From Callorhinchus milii (taxonomy: Eukaryota): 64,000 bases of DNA. Below are positions 1 through 10,418 of this stretch, in pieces. Location of the stretch: the NCBI RefSeq assembly GCF_018977255.1, contig NW_024704745.1, forward strand, positions 9,672,001 through 9,736,000, read 5' to 3'. The translations under genes and the position numbers were made by a program. Every line of letters starts with the position of its first letter. The stretch's first letter is position 1. Below the pieces are notes generated by a model, which worked only from the letters and a program-made list of their open reading frames with translations, made no database searches and had not been told where the DNA came from.

Positions 1-120
1 TCCGGTGAATCACATGTCTTTGCTTTAAGTTGCTCCCAGTCTCAGACTGAATGTAGTGATCAGAAAGGCTTCCGAAGTCTTTGAGGTGTTGTGTCTCATC
101 TAAAACGCTCTCCAGAAGGA
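1..120 (-). CDS. IMPG2: IMPG2 coding exon 2 (runs off window start)
   Basis: Acceptor tttcag at 121-126 (-), phase 1, matching exon 1. Reads (V)LLESVLDETQHLKDFGSLSDHYIQSETGSNLKQRHVIHR, leading toward the IMPG 'RRRRS-LFP-GV' motif. Syntenic position downstream of SENP7. Confidence 0.7.
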
Positions 121-224
121 CTGAAACAGACAGAATTCGACGTCTCTTAATGCAGAAAGACCGGTTACAAAATATTGGCCAATCTTGATATTGTGCACTT
201 TAGTTGCAATTCCTACCTTCTGTT

Positions 225-387
225 AGTTAGATAACGTGAAGAAATAATCTGACTCATTTAGTGTTGTTACAAGGAATATTATGATACACAATGGAATTTA
301 AATGTGCTAATCCAAGCTCAAATTTGTAGCAACCATATGCCACTTAATGATTAAACAGTCCCAATGTGTTTCAATAACCAAATGTTG
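225..387. repeat. Direct repeat copy 1 (~160 bp) in IMPG2 intron 1
   Basis: Colinear with 1188-1367: acgtgaagaaat...ggaatattatga...cacaatggaatttaaatgtg...ctaatcca...ccacttaat.attaaacagtc...tgtgtttcaa...ccaaatgttg. Confidence 0.85.
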
Positions 388-691
388 CATACATATGATC
401 CAGGTATAACAAATGATCAGAAAAAAACCCGAAAAATTGTCTCATTCCTATAAATAACACATCAAATGGCATTTCAAATTGCAAAATTACTATTTTAGAT
501 TTCATTGATTTTTATAATGACCTGATGATTCACAAATGAGAATACGGATAAGCGGGTGATGGGACATAAGCATGATTTGTAAAACTAAGATTCTGGCAAC
601 ACTAAATGTAGTTTCAAGTAAAACCCCAACTGTTCTTAATATAGCTGCAAAAGTTGTGACATGCATATTATAGTCCTCTCTAGAGACTCCA

Positions 692-1020
692 GTGGAGTCC
701 TGTAGCTCAGTGGTTAGAGCACTCGCTTTGCAAGTGAGAGACCTGAGTTCAATTCCAGGCAGAGGGCGAAACCTTGGGCAAGTTTCCTTACTCCACACAG
801 AGCCTAATAATAATCCCTCCAAAACAAAAAACAATAGTAAATTGGTCATTTTCAATCTACGACTGTTTGTGGGACATTGCTGTGCGCAATTGGCTGCCGT
901 GTTCGTCCACAAATATACAGTCAATTCACTTTACTGTGTGTTCTGTGAAGCGCTTTGGGACGTCCTCCCGACGTGAAAAGCGCTGAATCAAATGCAAGGA
1001 TTATTATTATTATTATTATT
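692..1020 (+). mobile_element. Full-length tRNA-derived DeuSINE, short subfamily
   Basis: tRNA-like head with A box TAGCTCAGTGG, TTTGCAA loop and B box GAGTTCAATTC; Deu-like core tgtttgtgggacattgctgtgcgcaattggctgcc; (TTA)n tail. Near-identical to 2282-2607 and 47347-47667. Confidence 0.9.
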
Positions 1021-1187
1021 AAACAGACGTTTTACTAAGCAGCAAAACGCACAACATTTATGCAGGAAATCTCAAATATTGTAATCCGTAATTTTGACAA
1101 TTAAGACAATTTTGGAACAGTAAATGGAGGACTCTGTATTGCATTAAGGCAGGTAGTTTAAGAGGAAGCAAAAGAACCACAGGAGAA

Positions 1188-1367
1188 AGTTAGCTGACGT
1201 GAAGAAATGATATAACTAATTTGTTGTTGCTCTTGTAACTAGGAATATTATGACATTATACCCACAATGGAATTTAAATGTGTCAACTAATCCATGCTCC
1301 AATTTGCAGCAACTGTGCACCACTTAATAATTAAACAGTCTCAGTGTGTTTCAACATCCAAATGTTG
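1188..1367. repeat. Direct repeat copy 2 in IMPG2 intron 1
   Basis: Second diverged copy of 225-387. Confidence 0.85.
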
Positions 1368-1664
1368 GGTTGTTTGCTTGAAAGGATGTGTTGATTTGAC
1401 CTCTGTAATCTGAAGTGCATGCCCGACCCCTTCTCCCTCCCTATAGTTAGCTAATTAAATGGAAATACATTGTCTCAATGCGATTAACATTGCAGATTAT
1501 CCTTTATAGCAGTGACATGACAGGCAAAGCAATATTGTCACTCACAGGCCAGTGCCACTAATCGTTTTCAAATGCAGACTTTTAATGTTATAAAAGGTTC
1601 AAATCTTGTCCGAAGATGCATTATATTTGATGGGGGGGTTGCAAAAAAAAGCATGCTACTGTAC

Positions 1665-1746
1665 CTGTATCTGTGAGTGAACCGAGAGTGAATGCAAAGG
1701 CAAACAGAACAACCAATGGTGCTTTATTCCATCGGTAACCAAACAT
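1665..1746 (-). CDS. IMPG2: IMPG2 coding exon 1 (signal peptide)
   Basis: ATG at 1746, MFGYRWNKAPLVVLFAFAFTLGSLTDT plus 1 nt (82 nt, phase 1), donor G|gtacag. Hydrophobic signal-peptide-like stretch; size and phase resemble IMPG2 exon 1; synteny. Confidence 0.7.
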
Positions 1747-1819
1747 TCTTCTTCTATCTCTGGTGCAATCTACAAAAGAGGAAACAAGTGACAAAATAAT
1801 TAAACACGACGTTACAAGC

Positions 1820-2230
1820 CACACTCCTTAATTGTCTTTGCCTCTTTGCTAATGGGTACCTGCACCCCATCCATCGGCAATCAGCTCAGAGCCACTGTAT
1901 CACACTTGGGGGAAGAAGAACTTGATTTACATCCCCCCTCCCACCCCCAAATAAACCCAAACTCACCTGATCATGTCACTTATGTGGGTGGTTGTGTGTT
2001 TTTTTAAAAAAAGAGCTGAAAATCCCAATTTTTAGTTGGGAAAGCAAGAGCTCCGAGTTGCTGTTGATGCTCAAGACAGTTTCCCTTTCTGACAGATGGG
2101 ATTTCAGTGACAATTCTGTGAACCTAATCGGCTTTTCTTTACACTGTTCTCTTTAATAATAGCCACCATCGTCACACCAGGTTCAGCCCCCCCCCCCCCA
2201 CACACACACACAATCGTGCTGAGCAAATAG
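1820..2230 (-). promoter_or_regulatory. Putative IMPG2 proximal promoter/5'UTR
   Basis: Non-repeat sequence upstream of the ATG with homeodomain-type cores (CTTAATTG ~1827, CTAATCG ~2124) and a Maf/NRL-like TGCTGAGCA ~2217. Motif evidence only. Confidence 0.35.
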
Positions 2231-2281
2231 GGCAGTTGCTGTAATAACTTATTATTTTGTGTAAGAGAATCATTAGGGTCC

Positions 2282-2607
2282 ATAATAATAATAATAATAA
2301 TCCTTGCATTTGATATAGCGCTTTTCACGTCGGGAGGACGTCCCAAAGCGCTTCACAGAATAGACTGTAAAGTGAATTGACTGTATATTTGTGGGCGAAC
2401 GCGGCAGCCAATTGCGCACAGCAATGTCCCACAAACAGTCAGGGATTGAAAATGACCAATTTATTATTGTTTTTGTTTTGGAGGGATTATTATTAGGCCG
2501 TGTGGAGTAAGGAAACTTGCCCAAGGTCTCGCCCTCTGCCTGGAATTGAACTCAGGTCTCTCGCTTGCAAAGCGAGTGCTCCAACCACTGAGCTACACGA
2601 CTCCACT
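2282..2607 (-). mobile_element. Full-length DeuSINE, short subfamily
   Basis: Reverse complement of the 692 element; the 5' end is tandemly duplicated out to ~2623. Confidence 0.9.
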
Positions 2608-3252
2608 GAGCTACAAGACTCCACGAATGAAACCGTTTCAACCCCAAGTGTTGTGTAAAGGGGTCATCATATATTTCTAAAACTGATCATACAACTAATG
2701 AGGGTTGCTGAGGATGATCGCAGGGTTGCAAAAAAAATGTTTTAAAAATAAAAATAAATATTTGCATGTTTTTCGATGATCCCATGGGCACAGGTGAAAA
2801 GTGAACCCTAAAAAAAAAACTCTTTTTAAAACTATTTCTATTTAATGGCAGCACCCAGTTTACAAACGGTATGGAGTCTGAATCTGACAGAAAGCTGATC
2901 CCTAATGTAAATCAGCCGAATAAAACGCGTTGCATCTTTCAGTATTTGTCAGGTGACAAATTGTAGTCACTGAAATTCATTAAAGGTTGAAAATCAGCTT
3001 TCAAACACTGCATTTAGAAACACTGGGCTAACTAGTGTTACTGTCGAGTATGCATTCATATCCATTACCCTTCAGAGAGAAGCTTTTAAATCCTATTTTA
3101 AATCGTTCAGTTATTCAGTGTGAATTACTTTTATCACAATAAAAGCTTTTTTTAGACAGAGGGCCAGTAATAATTTTACAGTTTGAGAAAGGTGCAGGCC
3201 AATGTCTCAATTTACTACCATACCATTAACCATTAGGCTGCTAGATTATCAA

Positions 3253-3628
3253 GTGGAGTCCTGTAGCATATTTGGTTAGAGCAGTTGCCTCACAAGTGAC
3301 AGGATCCGGGTTCGATTCCCGTGCAGGGCGAAATCTTAGGCAAGTGTCCTTACTCCACACACCTCTATTGACCTAGCAGTGAACAAGAGCCCAATTTTTA
3401 GTCAATTAGCGAATCGCTTTCCAGGGGTAATACTGCTCCAAAAAAAATTGTCACTCAATCCACGACTGTTTGTGGGACACTGCTGTGCGCAATTGGCTGC
3501 AGAGGTTCACCCACAAAATACATGGTCAATCCACTTTACGATGTATTCTCTGAAGTGCTTGGAGACGTCTCAATAATATGAGGTGCTATAGCAAGTGAGA
3601 GGATTATGATTTGTATTATTATTATTAT
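3253..3628 (+). mobile_element. DeuSINE, long subfamily (extra internal segment)
   Basis: Same head, core and tail plus an internal ~70-bp segment shared with the copies at 6450, 18188, 41315 and 55075. Confidence 0.85.
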
Positions 3629-4089
3629 AAGCTTACAACTTAGATGTCCATAATACATTCTTTGATTTTGATACAAACTAACAACTGTATTACTGTAACA
3701 CAAACCCTAAACAAAACCAACACCAAAATACAATTTTTGATATAAAGCCTCTTCATCCACATTAGAAATCAAATACAATACAAAATTACATTTGTATACA
3801 GTTGGGAGGACGTCCCAAGGCGCTGGGTGAATGCAAAAGGTGACCCCTGGCGCTAAATTATATTAAGAGAAATTAACTCCTTGATGTGATCACCCACTTA
3901 CCTCTGTTGGAGAAGAAGCCTGTTTGTACTTTTACATGCCCTGCATTCTCTAAATCCTTTTTTTTTAAAACTTTCTTTTAGTGTATCCTCCAACCTGTTC
4001 CTTTTCAATTTAATTATAAAGCACACATGCCTTTGAATCAGAAGCTTGTCTTTGCCCCAACATGAGGCTCGAATAGTCTATCCTGACAA

Positions 4090-4498
4090 TGCAATCCAAT
4101 GCTGGGGGGAGTGGGTGGTGGTTCTACATTATCGGGAGATGCCATCTTTCGGATGAGATATTAAACCAAGATCCTGTAACACATGGCTCTGACCTGACCT
4201 GATGCCTCTAACTTTACCATGGTATATAAAGTAAGCTGCCTGTCCTGGTGGGAACGTTAAAGATCCCATATCACTATTCAAAAAGAGAAGGGAGTTTCTC
4301 TTGGTGCCCCAGCCAATAATTCCCCAGATTGATCATTCACTCCATGGCTGTTTGTGGGACACTGCTGTTGCACATATTGGCTGCTGCATTCACCCACAAA
4401 ATACACAGTAACACCATGTTACAGTATATCCTGTGAACCGCTTTGAGATTTCTCAATGTCATAATAAGGAGCTATATCAAATGCAAGGATTATTATTA
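4090..4498 (+). mobile_element. Older SacSINE1-like DeuSINE with ~60-bp insertion
   Basis: ggatgagatattaaacc...gttaaagatcccat...Deu core...aaatgcaaggattatta. The insert at ~4176-4237 matches 5562-5620. Confidence 0.7.
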
Positions 4499-5561
4499 CA
4501 AGAAGCTTAATCAACATCAGAGATATGGAATTCAGACAGCAAGGCAGCAGTCATTCTGTGGTAGCAAACACATTTGGAAGATGGCTTGTATGGTGCCTTG
4601 GTTTTACTGTTCACAAAAAAAGTTCTTACAATCTAGAGCTGCTCTGACTCCTCATGTAAAAGTACAAACAGGCCTCTCCTGTGGGGGAGGTAAGTGGGTG
4701 ATCACATCAAGGACTTAATTTCCCTTGACATGAATTAACGCCAGGATCTGAAGAGGTCACCTTTTGCATTGTTAGCACAATTCAAGGAATTTCAGTCAGA
4801 TGGGTATCACACCCCAAGGTATCATAGGCCTCTCAGGGTCATTTTAAGATCATTTCCTCTGTATTCCACAGATGGCTTCACTATTATTAGCCTCCAGCAT
4901 CTGTTGACAGGTACTCATATAAAATGATTCAGATATGCCCAAGAAAGAATTGAAGAACAAGACGCTAAACAGAGGGGGTGGGTGGGGGGGGGAATTGCAT
5001 CAGGGATTTAAAGGCATTAGAAAGCACCTCCCAAGAACCATTTGCAAGATCAGCAACCAGTACCTCAGTTGAAATAATGAGGCCATATGGCAAACATTCA
5101 ACACCCTAGTGTGTAAAAAAGTCAGTGAAAAGCAAAGCAGACATTTTTAAGAATAGCTGCTATGGTTTAATCCCACCCTTTGTTGATGGATTTAATGCTG
5201 TTTCAATTACACACGCTTTGTTCCCTAAATGTTAATATTTCTAATTGTTTCATACTGTTGAGGCATTAATCTGCAACAACTTGACTCAGGTCTGCGTGTG
5301 CATTGCAAAGAACTTGTTTTGAAGATTTTACAAATTAGTTTTACAGTAACCTGCTAATAGGTTGAACTTGGAATCCTGAATAACTTCCGAGAAATCAATT
5401 TATTCAAGCACATTTCTCTGGATTTGGTCCGAAATATCAGGGCTATAATTGCAATGTGATTATAACTGTAAATGAAGTACTAGCGAGGGAGGGTGATCTA
5501 AGTGGCCTCCATCATGTTTGTTAAAACATAAAAAACCTGATCACAGAGATAACAGTAGTAG

Positions 5562-5803
5562 TGTAACACATGGCTCTGATCTAAACCCTCGAACTTTACC
5601 ATGGTATATAAAATCAGCTTTATTTCCAATGAACGGCTATGCATAAAAGATTATGACGTAAATAGGGAGAAGCAATTTCCACTGGTCAATGAGTCAGCAA
5701 TTGGAGGACGTGAATTTATTACCATTAACAAAAATATAAAAGGGGGTGGGAGTTGGGAATTTTGTTTTACCCAAAGTAATTAATTAAGGAATCGCATACT
5801 ACA
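5562..5803 (+). mobile_element. Possible solo LTR
   Basis: Starts TGTAAC and ends CTACA; contains TGACGT, TGAGTCA and TATAAAAGG. Its first 60 bp recur at ~4176. Confidence 0.4.
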
Positions 5804-6125
5804 AATAATAATAATAATAATAATCCTTGCATTTGATATAGCGCTTTTCACGTCTTCTAGACGTCTCAAAGCGCTTCACAGAATATGCTATAAAGTGAAT
5901 TGACTGTATATTTGTGGGCGAAACGCGGCAGCCAATTGCGCACAGCAGTGTCCCACAAACAGTCGTGGATTGAAAATGACCAATTTATTATTGTTTTGTT
6001 TTGGAGGGATTATTATTAGGCGTGTGAAGTAAGGAGACTTACCCAAGGTTTCGCCCTGCTTGGAATTGAACCCAGGTGTCTCGCTTGCAAGGCGAGTGCT
6101 TTAACCACTGAGCTACAGGACTCCA
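5804..6125 (-). mobile_element. Full-length DeuSINE
   Basis: Head, core and tail all present in reverse orientation. Confidence 0.9.
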
Positions 6126-6449
6126 TACAGTCACAGCACTTTACAGTATATTCTGGAAAGCACATTAAAAAATGCTGGTTGAAGCGGAATACACAGTTGC
6201 TTTTAAAAGGAAATTAAAAATTATCTGAAAAAGAAAACAAACATGAAAGGGTGGAAGGAAACGGGCAGGACAGTGTGACAAGAGTTGCTGTGGTGACAAA
6301 TTCCATGTTTTTATGATTAATGCACTTTTAGACTTTGTTAATTTTTTTAAAATGAGATTTAAGATATTTGTACTAACATTCAACATCAGTGAGTGCCCTG
6401 GGTAATCAGATGAAATTAGTATTGATTTCTTGAGCAATTTACTCATTGA

Positions 6450-6810
6450 TAATAATCCTTGCAGTTGATCACATCTTCAAAACGTCTCAAAGCACTTCAC
6501 AGAATATAGTGGAAAGTGAATAGACTGTATATTTTGTGGGCAAAACGCGGCAGCCAATCGCGCACAGCATTGTCCCACAAACAGTCATGGGTTGAGTGAC
6601 CAATTCATCATTTTTAAAAAAAAATTTGAAGGAATTATTACACCCGGAAAAGCGATCCACCGATCGACTAACAACCAGGTTCCTACTTACTGCTGGTAAA
6701 CAGAGGCGTGTGGAGTAAGGAAACATGCCCAACTTTTCGCCCTGCCCGGAATCAAACCCAGTTCTCTCGCTTGCGAGGCAAGTGCTCTAACCACTGAGCT
6801 ACAGGACTCC
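6450..6810 (-). mobile_element. DeuSINE, long subfamily
   Basis: Reverse copy carrying the internal segment. Confidence 0.85.
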
Positions 6811-7939
6811 CAACCTTTCCACTCTTTACTAAACATACCTCAATAGTTTTAGCACTGCTCCAATTATTGAGCCAAAAAGGGTTTAGGGAATCCCAATGAC
6901 AGCTAAATCATCATCTGGCATGTAAGGAAAGGCTGTGACAGTTGTGGTTCAGAAAACATTTCCTAACCTATCTCACTGCAACAGCAGGAGAGTCGGTCCT
7001 ATATTATTGATGCATACTGGGCAAGCAGAATGGCAACTCTAAAGCACATTTGGAATTCATCAGAGACATGTAGTCATTGGGAAGGGAAGATAACAATGAG
7101 TCACTGGCCTGACTAACAAAAATATTAATGTTTAGCCATAAAAAAACATTTACATTTTATTTTAAACCCTGAGCAAAAACAAATGTAACTTAAGGCAGTT
7201 CAAATTTGTAAGTTAAATATTTGTGATATTCACTATTATACCTTCATATGTTTGTTTTTTAAAAATAGGGATGGACTAAACTGGCAATGATTGGCTCTAT
7301 GCTAAACTGGCAATGATTGCAATAGAGATCAGGAAAGACACGTTTAGGCACTCAAATTATTCTGAAAGTTTTTAGAAAGTGAGTTTTTTGGGGATTTGTA
7401 AGATGAAAGTGCAGTATTGTATAAATAAGGCTGTCTGAGTGTGTTAAGAATACATTCAGATATTTTAAACATGAAGTCATACAGAGTGCATTTTTGAGAA
7501 AGTTACTGATTAATTTGTGTAAATCAGAAAAGGTTTTGGAAATTCTATTCAAGAACATTTTTTCACCACACTTTCACATACCCAGAGCCTAATTGGCAGT
7601 CAAATTGTGCAAGACTATTTGTTTCTAAGGTCGTGCATAACTGAAAAATTCTTAAATTAAGTCCTAATTTGAAATCTGTTTCTTTTTAAGAACTCCGGAA
7701 AATCAACTGCCAAATTGATACTGATTTTAAGTATGTTTCATATTTTTTGTTGAATAAACTGCCCACCTGAACACAGGCTTTTTTATAAACAAAACATCTC
7801 TGTCCACCCAAGATTATCATACATTTCAAGACAGTGCACTCTAGACCACAGATACATTTAAGGATTATAATGGTTCAGAGATCAGAAACAAATGCTTAGA
7901 TGTGCACATGTAGGGTAGAAAGTTAATTTACTTCATTAC

Positions 7940-8120
7940 TACAACAACAAGATTCCATTTATAGAGCGCCTTTCACGTCGGGAGGTCGTCCCAAGGCACT
8001 GGACAGTTGGGTTGGGACCCGAGCAGGGGGGAAATGGTCAGGGTGAGGGGAGGGAAGGGAGCGAGGAGAGGGTAGAGAGTTGAGAGGGGAGCTGAAGGCA
8101 CAGTTGAAGAGAAGATTCAA
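7940..8120 (-). mobile_element. L2 LINE 3' end
   Basis: Reverse of gggacg.cctcccgacgtgaaaggcgctctataaatg...(TTG)n; same tail as 14590-14650. Confidence 0.75.
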
Positions 8121-8914
8121 GACTACTCAAGATTTGTACACGTTTTAACACGAACAGACTTGATTGTTGTAAATCTTATTTTTTGAGCTCATCAAGACAT
8201 GCAAACCTGATTATTAGTCAGGTGAACTAAAGAGATTACTTCACCTGCCCCTTGACTTATTTAATAGGTTTTCTTTCAATTGTACGCACAGTGGATTATG
8301 TTTATCTTAATGTATTACACAGTATGTATAAAGTAGCACGTGAATAGTACCCAAGGGATTGAGCTGATCTAAATTTGTGCAAAACATAGCACTGTTTGGC
8401 TCATTTAGGTTTTATCCTTCATTTGATTAGTTTTTTGTAATTTGTTTTGCATTGTTTATTGCGCCACTTTAAATCTCTGCATAATGTTCTATTATTCCTC
8501 ACTTCAGAATTCGGGCAGAATGCAAAGCTCATTTACTGCTGATTATAAACCAGTTACTCATTTTTTTTGCGGGCCAAAGCAACGTCTCAAGGCACAATAG
8601 AATTAACTTTCTACTGTGAACAGATCAAAATAAAAGAAAGCCCTGCTGCACAACAGAATATCTTCCCTACCTACCAGGGAAAATTAATAAATGAATGTAA
8701 ATCTCAATGTAAAACACAATGTCTCTCTCAGCATCTAATTTTATCATATTATTTCTGAAATTAGGGTTTTGCACTGAAATTTAAAACCTCCAGATTATAT
8801 TATTCAACATTAACATAGCATTACCGTGGAGAAAGAGCGCACCATCCCCACCCACACAAAGAAGCAAAAATAAATAATAACCTTTAAATTTGGCAGGATT
8901 TGACACTTCACAGG

Positions 8915-9142
8915 ATACATTGTAAAATACAGTGACACTACGTTTTGTGGGCAGACGCAGCAGCCATTTTGCACACAGCAATGTCCCACCAATAGCCATT
9001 TGAATGGCTATTGAATGGCAAATTTGAATGATCAAATTTATTTGGGTGACTGTTTGCCAGGACACCGAGAAAAGCTTAACGTCCAACTTGAACAGGCAGA
9101 CAAAAACCTGATTTAATGTCTCATTCGAAGGACGGCATCTCA
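8915..9142 (-). mobile_element. SacSINE1-like DeuSINE fragment
   Basis: Deu core plus gatgccgtccttcgaatgagacattaaa in reverse. Confidence 0.65.
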
Positions 9143-9409
9143 AACAACTTTAAGCAGTACAAAGAGGGACCAATAGTAGTAGAATTACACAATTTATTTT
9201 TGGCAAGATAATTCATAAACACAAATTGCTGGTTTGCAAATTAGAAATTTGAATTGAAAAAGGCAAGTTTATCACTGTATAATGAATGCAGGGTAATACA
9301 TGTAACTAATTAACCAATGTTTAATTAAAATATGATAAAAGTATGGGGTGGTTGTTGATAAATTTACCTGAATGTATAAAAAATTCTTAGGTTTGATATA
9401 GAGTTGGCA

Positions 9410-9720
9410 TTTCGCCCACAAAACATGCACTTTACAGTATATTCTGTGAAGCGCTTTGAGACCTCTCAAAGACGTGATAAGGCGCTATATCAAATGCAAG
9501 GATTATTATTATAGTACCTTAAAGCTGTTGAAACATCTCAAAGCTCGTCACAGGATTTCACTACGAAGTGGCAGTGACTGTGTATTTGTAGGTGAACATA
9601 TCAGCCAATTTCTGCAAAGCAATATCCCACAAATAGCCATGAAGTGAGTGACCAATATTCTTTTTAATTTAGGGATTGATAGCCATGCTACCAGGAGAAA
9701 CTCTCTTCTCTAGAAAAATG
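9410..9720. mobile_element. SINE 3' fragment (+, 9410-9512) next to a decayed Deu fragment (-)
   Basis: Recognisable tail and core motifs. Confidence 0.6.
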
Positions 9721-10286
9721 TAAATCTACAAAGATGCCACAGGTTTAAAATAGCAGCACAAATCTAAATATAAGAAATTGTACAACCGTAATATTTAGCA
9801 CAGCCACAGTACTACATTTCCATCGACCAAAGGAAACAATCTTAATTATGACTATCTGAATTCCCCCACCGTACATTAAACGTAAAATAAACTTTGACGT
9901 TTCGATGGCTACCTTGCACGAGGTCGCTATATTGCTCTTGTAGTAACAGTGCTGCATTCTTCTAACACATGGAGGAATAAAGCGCTGTTACTACATAACA
10001 ATCAAATTGAAACTGGGATGCAGTTCAAACTCAAGCCTCTACTGATACAAACAACAAATTCAAGAAATAAATGCAAGTGAAGTGGGTGCAAATAATATAA
10101 TTTATTAAACTGTACAGCACTATTAACAGAACAATAACTCAATATACTACATATCTTTATTTTACTAGTTTAATAATTTACAAACCAATTTAAAATCTTC
10201 ACATTTTAAAGAGTTGTGAAAACATGATGTTGATCAGCAGCTTTGAAATAAACTAGTGCACTCTTTCTGTTGTGTGTACAGATTCA

Positions 10287-10418
10287 TTAGCTGTCAGTTC
10301 GTTGTTGACTGTGTAACTGCAGAATCAGATCTCTGATCTCTTCCCGTTTTCTCTTCACCTCCTGGCGTTGGAACCATTTATCCAACTGCAACGGTAACTC
10401 AAAATTTGTGATGGGATT
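10287..10418 (-). CDS. SENP7: SENP7 last coding exon
   Basis: ccgcag|[43 protein letters not shown]. Confidence 0.95.
   Translation of the reverse strand, partial: NPITNFELPLQLDKWFQRQEVKRKREEIRDLILQLHSQQRTDS

Noticed and set aside
692-770. tRNA-Ala(TGC)-like sequence, also at other SINE heads
   Set aside because: The acceptor stem is not intact and each copy runs into the SINE body; these are SINE Pol III heads, not tRNA genes.
502-986. Recurrent ORFs such as MGKFPYST.../MESCSSVV...
   Set aside because: Translations of the repeated SINE in several frames; not genes.
1747-1824. Second signal-peptide-like stretch upstream of the IMPG2 ATG (MWLVTSCL...)
   Set aside because: Begins at GTG rather than ATG; most simply 5'UTR.
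7276-7319. 18-bp direct repeat ctaaactggcaatgattg with a short spacer
   Set aside because: Only two units; local slippage duplication, not a CRISPR-like array.
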